Source of the DNA: Camelus ferus
Taxonomy: Eukaryota
Length of the DNA stretch: 64,000 nucleotides
Reading direction: 5' to 3'
Assembly: GCF_009834535.1 (NCBI RefSeq)
Contig: NC_045697.1
Span: 48,982,001 to 49,046,000 of the forward strand
Numbering within the stretch: the stretch's first letter is position 1; each line of letters opens with the position of its first letter. This document shows positions 1-10,606 of this stretch, in pieces. The notes beneath the pieces were generated by a model. That model had not been told where the DNA came from and made no database searches. It saw nothing but the letters and a program-made list of their open reading frames with translations. The translations under genes were made by a program, and so were the position numbers.

Positions 1-1190
1 GCATCCTTATTTTTAGAAGTAAGGACATAGAGGCCATGAAAAGGTTAAATAATCTGACCAGATGACTCCTGCAAGCAGCATAAGTGGGCATTAAGTTAAA
101 ATCTTCAGACACTTAGGAATGGATTCTCAGTTTAAGGTAGGTCTTTTGCATAATTCTGGCAAAAAGACAACTTTCTATGTAACTGACATTGCTAATTCAT
201 AAGGATAACTTCCGTTTGGGCATGTGATTTGGACCCAAACTCTAATTAGAGAATGAAATTGGACTCTCTTTCCTCTCCAGGGAGAGAAAAACAACCCTGT
301 TTCCTCAAGCTGCTGACAGTGGAAGGGACTAAGACTATGTCTTAGTATTATTATGAAAATGGATTTGATCTTGTAGACCCAAAAGGGTCTCAGGGACTCC
401 CCAAGATCCCCAGACTACACTTTGAGAATTGCTGCCTTTACCAGATACAGCCATACCTGAAGCTATCCCACTCTTACCAGCATGGTAAGCCTATAAACAC
501 ATATGTATTTTTTCCTTAAACAGCTGGAGTTGGGTTTCTGTTACTTGCAACTACAAGCGTTCAGAGTAAACACAATGAAACCCTTCATGGATCTTCCTGG
601 TTTAGGAAAAAGTTTAGGGAAGCTTAGTGTCGTCTCACAGAGGGGGCTTCGAAACTTGTTTTCTCTCTTTCTACTTCTTCCCGCCTTCTATCTGCCTCTG
701 ACTTAGAATTACTTCTACTCTTTTTTATCAAGTACTTCCTTCAAGACAAATAGATCCAACACAGCTCACAACTTTACTTTCTGTCTTTATATGAAAAATT
801 CCCATTGTTGTAATTAAGTTCATGTTACTCTGTTTCTGTGTTCTGTGGCGCCAGGGTAGAAAAATTTCTCAATCATGTTGCCTCTCCTCTTTGTCTGGCG
901 TGCCTGTACCAAACACTCTTATAAATGTCATTTGCCTAATCACTCTTTTGACTTAGGAATTATGCATCATTCTATTTGTTAAGGCCACTTAAGGGAAAAT
1001 TAATCTGTTCATTTTCAAAATTCTCATTTCTTGATTTTAATTTTTCACAGTAACCCATATCTTTATCTCTTTTAGAATCTTAAATGCTAAAATGTGATTT
1101 TTTAACTTATTGGATTTTTTGAATGCCTTTAAATTTAATATTTCAAAGATTGAAAATGTCACAGCTCTGAAAATAAAAACTAAAGTCAGA

Positions 1191-1204
1191 GTGACATCTA
1201 GTGG
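1191..1204 (-). promoter_or_regulatory. Candidate CTCF motif
   Basis: The reverse complement CCACTAGATGTCAC is one mismatch from the CCASYAGRKGGCRS core. Confidence 0.45.
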
Positions 1205-1774
1205 TTCTTCTGGCTCATTAAATAACCATGAAAGTAACTGTAGACAACGTGTTGTTAAACTGTAGGTTTGGAAGGTTAGTCTTTTTCAGAAAGAGCGTCT
1301 TAGAACCACTCAAATAGGCAGAAATCAACCTTATTTTAAAGTTTGCACAATCTCTCTAGGCAACCTTTCAGAAGCAAAAAGAATCATCTCCACATTTGTC
1401 TCTTTCTTAGGACCGAGAAAAACTTCCCCAGCTGACCTTCCCTCACTGCTAAATACTAAGAAACCTCACCTGAAAACAGCCACTTGAAAGAGAACTGAAA
1501 GCCCAAAGATTAGTTTAAAATCATCAGGATGCACCTGCTAGAACTTCGCCTGCAGCAATGTCATGGCTCTGCAGAATGTTGTGTTGAATACACAAAGTGG
1601 GATTCTCTGAGAAAGGAGGAAAGAGAAATGGATGCTGGGCATGCAGATTACAGCATCTGCTTCACCAACCGTCCTAAGGACTGTCACAAACTATGAGAGC
1701 ACAAACAATTCAAATCTTTCAGGAATGATGGAAACGTTGTGTCCTGATTGACACAGTAGCTTCACAGGTGTATA

Positions 1775-1996
1775 CAGTTGACCCTTGAGCAGCATGAAGG
1801 TTAGGGGCACAGATCCCCCCTCCACCCCACAGTTGAGAATCTGTATGTAAGTTTACAGTCAACCCTCTGTTTCTTCGATTTTGCATCAAGGATTTAACCG
1901 ACCACAGATCATGTAGCACTATAGTTTATTACTGAAAAAAAAATGTGTAGAAGTGGACCTGCACAGTTCAAACACTTACTGTTCAAGGGTCAAACG
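1775..1996. mobile_element. TcMar-Tigger MITE (MER8/Tigger2-like) nested in an old L1 3' end
   Basis: Terminal inverted repeats CAGTTGACCCTTGA...TCAAGGGTCAAACG, flanked by TA at 1773-1774 and 1997-1998. Confidence 0.85.
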
Positions 1997-2099
1997 TATC
2001 CATCAAAACTCATCAAATGGTATGCTTTTTATTAAACAAATGCAGTTTATTAAACAGAAATTATACCTCGATAAAGTTAGTTTAAAAAAAACTCAAGGA

Positions 2100-2545
2100 T
2101 TCCATCGACAGATGAATTTATAATACATAATGGAATTACTATAATATATATAATAATAATGGGATATTATTCAACCTTAAAAAGGAAGGCAATTCTGACA
2201 CACACTACAACATGGGTTAAACTTGAGGATACTCTGCTATGTGAAATAAGCCAGTCACTGAGGACAAATACCGTATGATTCCATTTATATGAGGTACCTT
2301 GAATAGTCAAATTTATAGAGACAGAAAGTAGAATGGTGGTTGCCAGGGCATGGGGGAATGGTGAATAGAGAGTTAGAGTTTATTGGGTACAGAGTTTAGT
2401 TTGGGAAGATGAAAAAGTTCTGGAGGCAGATGGTGGCAACAGTTGTAAAACAAGGTGAATATATTTATCTGAACTATACACTTAAAAATGATTAAAATGG
2501 TAAATTTTCTTTTGTATATTTTGCCACAATAAGTTTTTAAAAAGT
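2100..2545 (+). mobile_element. Old L1 (L1MB-like) 3' end
   Basis: Typical L1 3' motifs: gtgaaataagccagtcac, gagacagaaagtagaatggtggttgccaggg, tgaactatacacttaaaaatg. Confidence 0.8.
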
Positions 2546-3559
2546 ATTTGTAAAAGGTAAAGAAACACTGAAAAGTATGACACTATGATTAATCAGTACA
2601 TCACTTCACCACGCTGAGCGTGGTTGTGGGTGAGTGTCACAAAAACTGCAGGAGGCATAAAGAACCAAATAATAGTAATATCTGATAGCAGAAACTAAAT
2701 ATTACATGTCTGGCAAACGTTGTAACTGTTATGGGAGTTATCATAGTAAGTTATTGTGTTTAAAAACTGGTAGAAACATATCCACAAATTTATTGTTTAT
2801 TTCCTAGATGAGACATAAAGAATCTTCTTAATAAGAACATAGCTCAGCAGAAATAGCAGTGTTAAGATCTCAAACAATAGATTGCTATGATAAAGAACAT
2901 AAGTGTTCTTTATTTTGGAAGAGCCAGAGCCAGCTTCAAAGATGCTAGTGACAAAGGTAACTGGCCTTTATGGCAGACATAGCCTAGAGGAGAAAAGGCA
3001 ATCTGCCTTATTTTATTAGTTATTTGGCTTCGATCTCTTACTTCTATCCCTTTTTTTTTTTTTCATTCTTCTGTAAAAGAATCTATCCTCAAAAAAACCA
3101 AACAAACTCAACATCTTGAATTTTTTAAAAGCTCAACTCCTATCAGTGTCGGGGGTGGGGTGCGGGGAAGACAAAGGGATACAACATTCTGGGGAGACGG
3201 AAATGTTCTACATCTTGATTGGAGTGCTGGTTACTCAGTGTGTATATTTCTTGAAACTTAACAATCTGTACACTTAATATGAATGAACTTCATTGTAAGT
3301 GAAGGGTACATCAATAAAGTTGATTTTAAAAAACCTCAACTCTAAAGATTAAAAATATTCCTATACTTAGGATGGTATAGGAAAGTCTTTTAAAACTCGT
3401 TTCAAAAGTAACCCCAAATTAGAAATTGCTCATGTCCTCAGCTCCCCCTGTCAGGAAATGCTTCTAGAAATCCAATCACAAAGGCCCCGGGGAATCAGGT
3501 GGGTCCTTCCCTGGTCTATTTAAATGTCCATATATCCCACACTTCCTTCTCTTCCCTGC

Positions 3560-3730
3560 TTCACTTGTCTCCACAGCACTCACCATGGCCTAATATCTTA
3601 ATTAGCACAGTGATTATTTGTGATCTGTCTCTCCCAACTAGGATGAGTTCCACGAGGGCAGGGTTTGGTCTGTTTTGTTCACTGATATTCCTGGCATGTA
3701 GTTGGTGTTTAATAAATATTTGTTGAAATG
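3560..3730 (+). mobile_element. L2 3' end fragment
   Basis: Ends in cctggcatgtagttggtgtttaataaatatttgttgaa, a typical L2 tail. Confidence 0.65.
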
Positions 3731-4619
3731 ACAAGAAAAGAAAAAGGAACTTTCTTGGTTCTCAGGGCCCACCATACAAATATTAAGACACCAAAGGATA
3801 TCACATATTAGGTAACTAAAAACTTTCCTTGCCATAGGAACACACTCAGGCTTTGATAGAATAAAACTTTAAAACAGAATAATTAAAAATTGCTTTCTGT
3901 CTAGCCACAAAACTTAAACCATTCACCTTTCCATTTAGTACTTACATTTCATTGCCTATAGAAGTGCTTGATTCTATAGGTAATCTTAGATCTCTCCGAA
4001 TTAATAAATGGAATAATTTAAATTATAAATACGATAAACAGCAATCTTTAGTGGTACTTAATACTAATTTGATTAAAACTTATAACTGTATTATATAACA
4101 GGATTTATTAATATTTCCAATCAATTTACACATTAAAAAGTTATTTGTAGGTGTCTGTACAACGTGACGGCTGACAATATTAACGCGACAGGTAGCATCT
4201 ATCACACTAGGCGGTTCTGGATTCCTTCCATTTGAGCACTAATTTGGACAGCACCGGGAGGTTTGAGTGTGTAATCACATAATCTGATAAATTCTATATT
4301 AGAGATGACGACAGAGAGCAACCGAAGCACAGAGGAGGAAACAACTCTCCGGAGGCAAAACGGTCAGCTACCCCGAGAATATATCTGAACCTTGGAAAAC
4401 ATTCCGGACAGAGGATCGGCATAACCATAACCGAAGGCAGAGGTGTAAAATGTGAATTATGTTAAATGAGATAGTCAAAGGGGAACTGAGGGTGGGGTGG
4501 GGATGGAGGCAGCGTCAGGAGGCGGGGCAGGGGGGCTGGGGAGAGGCCTGACTGGCACCGCTAAGATTGGGCTTGACTCTCGGGGAATGGCTAAGAACTG
4601 GGGAAGATCATTGGAGGAA

Positions 4620-5360
4620 TAACTTCAAGAATAGCCCGGGGCGTTCGGGTGCGGGGCAAGAGTAGGACTTGGAGACCGATGAAGAGGCCGTAGAAAGAGA
4701 GGCCTTGAGGGGCAGAGAGAGCAAGTAGAGGCCAGAATTAGGGTTGTTTCCGGGGTAGGGTTGGCGGGACTTGGTGCCTGCTGCGTGCACGCCGTCCCCT
4801 TAGGGCTCCTGGGGTGGGGGAGGGAGACGGGGGGTAAAGGGCGCTCGGTTGCCCCGGCGACCGCGTCTGAGGGAGGAGTCGGGGGCAACCCCGGGGGTAT
4901 CCAGCACCCCTCCCCCTCCCCACGCCTCACAGAGGTGCCCAACCGTTGCCCGCGCGGCTCGCGAGGAGCCGGCGGTGTCGGGAGCGCGCGGGAAGCGGGC
5001 GCGGGGGTGGGCGGGGCAGCGTCCAGCGCCGCCGCCACCGAGGAGGAGCCGCCCCCGCCGCCGCCGACGCCGCCGACGCTGCCGCCGCCTGGTCGACGCA
5101 GGTGCGGCCGCCGCGCCCGCCGGCGCTCCCGCGGGGATGGGGCTGGTCTCTTAGGATGAGGCGTAGGTCGCAGGTACATGGGCGGGCGCGACCCGGGGAC
5201 CGGGTGAGGGGTAGTGGGTCGTTCTTCGCAGGACCTGGGGCAGCGCGTCTTCATTTCTGGAACCTTCCAGACTTTTGTGTTTGTTTTGCACATGGTAGAT
5301 GCCTAATACATGTGTCTTTACCAGAACGGGCTGCTGTTTTCGGGGACGGTGGCCGAACTC
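4620..5360. promoter_or_regulatory. CCDC158: CpG island promoter of CCDC158
   Basis: Abrupt GC- and CpG-rich segment in an AT-rich background, with a GC box (GGGCGGGG near 5008), GCC repeats and a donor CAG|GTGCGG at 5101/5102. Confidence 0.9.
4950..5101 (+). other. CCDC158: Putative non-coding exon 1 (TSS approximate)
   Basis: GCC-rich leader inside the CpG island ending at the donor CAG|GTGCGG. Confidence 0.6.
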
Positions 5361-6196
5361 TGGGACCAAAGGGCCCTGTGCACAGTATCCATTTCTGTAT
5401 AAATAACTGGGGATCCTGTCCCAACAGTACTAACTCTTGTTCCTACTCCTGGCGGCCAGGGAGGAGGGATGGGGAAGACAGAGAGATAAAGAGGACGGGT
5501 AGCCTTGGACAGGCTCGTCCAAGATGAGGTGATAGTAAATGCTGTGCGAGGGCCCGTTCAGCTGGAGCCCGCCCTGGAAGTGACTGCAGGAGCCTGGCTC
5601 TGTACGGTTATCGGCATCAGTCAGAAACTGAGTTCTCAGATGAGTCCAGCCTCTTCTGCAAAACTCTGTTCCAAGTCCCCACCGTGGTTGTTTTGTTCGT
5701 GCATATTGTTGTACTTTAAATCAAAGGAAAATGTAAGAAGAGTGAAGTCGGCGATTTCATAGGGGGCTTCTTGCTTTATCAGCAGTTGATTCGGGAAGGA
5801 AAGTGCCAGTGCCTTCCACTATCTCAGAGATTAGCTGGGTGAGACTGTTTCTCTGTGTGTAAAGTCGTGGGGTGTGGGTAGGGGAGTGGTGGGAGAGGTC
5901 TGGTCCTCCCACCTCTGTACCACGTTTATTGTTTTTTAATCTTGTACAGTTATCTTTATTTGTGTCATGGGTAAAATGGCTTTTATGCCATAGAGATATT
6001 ATTACACAACTAAATAGAGGGTAGAAATTGACAGTTTATTTGGTATGTGCAAAGCCCTTACTGTTGTGTTTTACGAAGAGGATTCCGTGTTGACTATCTA
6101 CTATGTTAGGGCCACTTACTGTAATAATCCACAATTCATTAAATAGGGCTTCTGTGAGCCACCTGTTCCCAAGCTAAATGGCCCCAAATTATATGG

Positions 6197-6595
6197 TATA
6201 GTAGGCTGAATAAGGGCCACTCCGAAATACCAGGTCCTAATCCCTGAAACCTGTAAATGTGATAAGGAAAAAGGGTCTTTTCTTACAGGATTAAGTCAAA
6301 GATCTTAAATGAGCAGATTATCTGGGTGGGACCTAAATGCAAACGTAAGTGTCCTTATAAGAGGAAGGCAGAGAGGAGGAGGCAGTGTGACCACAGAGAC
6401 AGATTGTAGTAATGCCAACAGCCACCAGAAGCTGGAAGAGGCCAAGAATGGATTCTTTCCTACAGCCTCTAAAGGGAGCACAGCCCCTGTGACACTGACT
6501 TTAAATTTCTGGCGCTGGAGATTTGAAAGAATAAATGGCTCTGGTTTTAAGCCACTAAGCTTGTGGTAATTTGTTATGGTGACTGTAGGAAACTA
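6197..6595 (+). mobile_element. ERVL-MaLR solo LTR (MLT1-like)
   Basis: MLT1 motifs (gccaccagaagctggaagaggc, ttttaagccactaagcttgtggtaatttgtta); 5-bp TSD TATGG at 6192-6196 and 6596-6600. Confidence 0.85.
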
Positions 6596-9422
6596 TATGG
6601 TTATGCTTATAAGTCACATAGACTCAATCCTGTATTGATGAGTATTTTAAAGTTCTCTAGCTGGGACAGTGGCAAGTATAGTAGCAGAGACCATTAAATA
6701 TTTTCCTGAGCCCTGTAAATCCTAAGGAAGAGATTTGAACAAAGGGTTTGGTGAGAAGAGAAAATAAATTAGGTGCGTAAGAAAGAGGTAGTCTAGCACT
6801 TAAAACAATTTTAAAACTTTCATTGTATTCCTATAAATATATCACTGTGTTTGCTCTAGTTAAGAGAATAAAGGTACGAAGTGACTTAAGCTTGGTCCTT
6901 AGCTAAGATGTTATTGAGTATCTACCATGTGTATATCAAATAAGAGTTGCAGATACCTGGGGATTGAGTTCCAGGCTCAATCCAGGGGAAAAGAGACCAT
7001 GCAAAGGTGCTTCCATGTGAGGGGATGTTAATATCTGGCCCAAAATAGCCTCTCATCATCTTGAAATGAAGACACTTTGGAATTTTCAGTGTGCAGGAAA
7101 AAACCAGGGGTTCAGATTTAATTGGTTAACTTCTGGGTACCAGGCAGCTAATTTGCACCCCCATTCTTACCCCACAAAGTATCACAAAAATGTACATAGA
7201 CTAGCCAATCAGCTTTCTTTTTGAACTGTTTTTTGAAGCATACTTTGCACACTGTAAAATTCACCAATGTTAAGTGTAGAATCCAGTGATTTTTAGTAAA
7301 TTTTGAATTGTGCAGTCATCACCACAATTTAGTTTGAGAACATTTCCATCATCCCGTGAAGATCCCTGGCACCCATTTGTAGCCAATCCCCATTCCCAAT
7401 CCATTTATGATCTCTGGCCTACTTTAGAGTTAGGTTTTAGTCCCTCTACTGCTACTGCAGTGGCCTCACAGCTGGTCCCTGCTTCTACTCAGTGTATTTC
7501 CCATCCTCCAATGGCTTTCCATTGCAATTAGAATAAACCCCAAAGTCTTTAGTATGGCCTTTTCAAGGTCCTGTGAGCTCTACCTCCTGCCAACCTCACC
7601 AGCAGCTTTTCAGGATAATTTAGGGAAGGAATTGGCAATAAGCACGGGGTTCCTTTGGGCATAGTACCCAGTGGGCTGTCCATAAGCAGACCTCTCATCC
7701 TCCCAAGACTATATGCAGCCTCACCAGCCTCCTGCCTGTCAGTCAGTGAACACTGAGCCCTTCTCATCTCAGGACCCATGCACGTGGTACTTCCTCTTAG
7801 GATCTTCACCAGTCCTCTGCGGGGCTGACTGCTGTTTGTCATCCAGCTCACGTGTCACCTTAGAAAGTCCTTCCCTGACCTCCCCTAGCTAAGTATCCTC
7901 AACTCCTTTTCATCATTGCACTTGACCACTCTCCAGAATTGTATTTTTGATTTGTTTCTTTATTGTCTCTCTTTCTCTGTTAGAATATAAGATCTGTGAG
8001 GGTAGAAACTGGGTTGGTTTTGATCTTAGATAGCTCCAGCTCTAGTACTTATAGAAGCACTATTCATAGCAGCAATACATTGTAAACAGCAGTAATTAAT
8101 GATTACCAGATGCCTACTGTGTGCCAGGCCCTGTGCACAGCGCTTTGTATGCATGAATGATTTAATTGAAACTTAACTACTTTTGATGAGGGAAGAGTTA
8201 GGGGAACATTTCCTCCAAATATAGTCCCTACATTAAATTATATTTTTCAGAGGCATTGGGCAGTTTTCTTTCTCTTGTTATTGAAATGTTAATTTTTAAA
8301 GACTGGATCAATGTACATTCCTACCAGCTAGCTAGTATTGAACCTCTTTCTCCACATCCCTAAAAACTAAACTAGGGAAGTTTTTGCTAGGAAGAAAGGA
8401 GGAAGGAAAAGAAGGGTACAAATAAAAGCAGAGCCCTAAAAGAGCAGGACATGCTCAGGACACAGCAAGTAGACTTGGACTGGGGCACAGTATGTGTCAG
8501 GGAGTGAAAATGGAGATGAAGCTGGGAGGCTGGGTACACATGGTAGAGAGCTTTGAGTGCCAGTCTTAGTTCAAACCTTCGGCTTTGTGCAAAGTTAAGG
8601 CAAATGGCTCTGATTTTAAAGAAAGATTATACGAAACTGAAACTAGAAGAATCATTTTGAGGTATTTTGTAGCAGTCTAGCAAGAGTTCATTAAAGCATG
8701 AAAGAATACAATAGGGCTAACATTAACAAAATTGCATATTCAAAGATTCTTCCTTATGATTGCATTGAAGTCTCTTTCACTGAGTTAAAAGATATTACAG
8801 AGATAGACTCAGCATAGTGTGGAGTGTGAATGGATGAAGAACAAATAAAGACTCTGAAATGTCTAACTTGGGAAGTTGAGTTTATTGGCGTCTCTGAACA
8901 CACCCTAGAAAACAAGTTAGGTGGGAATGTGAAGGGACCAGATTCAGGGTAAGATGAATTTAAGGTGACTGTAAACATACACGCAGAGGTGTTAAAGAAC
9001 AGATGCTCATTAAAATTTATCTAGAGCCCCATTTTTTTTAGCAAAAGAGCATGAAATTTGCTGGAAGATGGAATTGTCCCTATCTGGCTTGCTGGTGACT
9101 GAAATCACTTGTGAGAAGTCATTGTGGTTTTGGTCATCTTTTTGCTGAATGTTCTCCATACAAAATCACAGAATGTCCAGGTTGGAGATGATTTTAGAGA
9201 TCTTCTAGTCCAGCACTGTGCCCAAGAGAGGCCAGCCAGTGGCGGTTGTCATCCCAACAAATGCTCATCTACTCTCAGCTTGAACAGCTCACAAGGAAGT
9301 CCAACAAGTATATATTCAACATGCTCTAGTTTTTGGAATGTCCATCTCCACCCTCAGCTAGAACCTACCTCCCTTTACTTCTGCTCATTAGTCCTAATTC
9401 TGCATATAGAGTATTGTCATTC

Positions 9423-9499
9423 TATTTTTTTCAGTTGAGATATAATTGATATATAACATTATATCAGTTTCAGGTGTATTACATAATGTTTTCATGTTT
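9423..9499 (-). mobile_element. Very short antisense L1 3' tail
   Basis: ttgagatataattgatatataacattatatcagtttcaggtgta flanked by direct repeat GTATTGTCATTC (9411-9422, 9500-9511). Confidence 0.75.
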
Positions 9500-10135
9500 G
9501 TATTGTCATTCATTTTTCTAGTGAGACATCTGCTCATGTAGAGTCCCCTGAGATATTCCAAAAATCCTAGTTGTTTATCTTAGTTCCATTACTTAAAATT
9601 TATAGACCTATATCTGAAGTTCCTCTACCCAGTAACTTTTCTGACCAAGCACAAGATCTGTTTTCTGGTCAAAGCATCTCTAAGAAGGGTAAAACAGTTT
9701 AAATGGTCAGAGACATTCAGGGATCTATTTAAGTCAGTGTGAGCTGTACCTGGAGAAAGGTCAGATCTGGGAATGTAGATATGGGGGGCTTGTAGGTTTA
9801 CTTGCTACGTTATCTTGATAATGTCTGTGAGACCTGTACCAACAAGATTGGCATTGGACCAGCAGGGAGCATATAATTGAACATGTTCTGATGTACAAAC
9901 ATAGCCTAGATTAAGTGCCATAGGCTATTAATTAAAATAAATTTTCATATGCAAGATAAGCTAAAGAAAAAAGATTTAAAGTTGTTGCTGTTGCTGTGGT
10001 GTTTTAGGTGTTGTCAAGATCTTAAGTGATGAAAATGAACTTGTGACTTGATTGAACTTTTTAAAAATAATAAATTTCAGGTAATGAAGTATTATATTTT
10101 AAAAAGCAGATTTTAAAATATTTTATGTTTTTCAG

Positions 10136-10178
10136 GTGTTAATAGGATAAGTGAAAATAAGAATATCCAGATATTAAG
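10136..10178 (+). other. CCDC158: Putative non-coding exon 2 (43 nt)
   Basis: Acceptor ttttatgtttttcag|G and donor AAG|GTATTT in non-repetitive sequence between exon 1 and the ATG exon. Confidence 0.6.
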
Positions 10179-10332
10179 GTATTTCTTATTTTACTTTTGG
10201 ATTATATTTAAGAATTGTGAATATATACAGCTGATACACTAATCTGTATCTAATTTTAGAGCTTGAAGTCTTGAACTTGATGAATGCCTAGGCTGGAATA
10301 TCTGAAATGATAAAATTACAAGGGGTTTATCT

Positions 10333-10606
10333 CTGTGTTTTTTCAAACTCTGCTCAGTGGAGCCTTCTGCAATCTATAAAGGTGTTTCGAGGGCAGAGAG
10401 GCGGGTGTGCAGTCTGGGATTTGAAGATTCAAAGAAAGGCTTCCACTGCTTAAAAAAAGTTTGGAATGCAACAATAAATATATGTATGCTCATGTATAAC
10501 TGAAAAATTGTGCTCTACCCTGGAAATTGACACAACATTGTAAACTGATTATAACTCAATAAAATAAAATTTTTTAAAAAAAGAAAAAAAAGTTTGGAAA
10601 GCACAA
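10333..10606. mobile_element. hAT-Charlie-like MITE interrupted by a young L1 tail
   Basis: Imperfect terminal inverted repeats ctgtgttttttcaaact ... agtttggaaagcacaa. Confidence 0.55.
10467..10584 (+). mobile_element. Young 5'-truncated L1 3' end
   Basis: Same sequence as the copies at 17108 and 26599; A-rich tail; 15-bp TSD AAAAAAAGTTTGGAA (10452-10466, 10585-10599) at a TT|AAAA site. Confidence 0.9.

Noticed and set aside
4608..5527. Long overlapping ORFs (up to 222 aa) on both strands of the CpG island
   Set aside because: Low-complexity Pro/Arg/Gly/Ala translations are expected from stop-poor GC-rich DNA. All spliced frames hit stops in exons 2-3, so there is no N-terminal extension.
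10071..10135. CAG|GTAATG at 10080/10081 as a donor upstream of exon 2
   Set aside because: It would define a 55-nt intron, too short for typical mammalian splicing; there is no other support.
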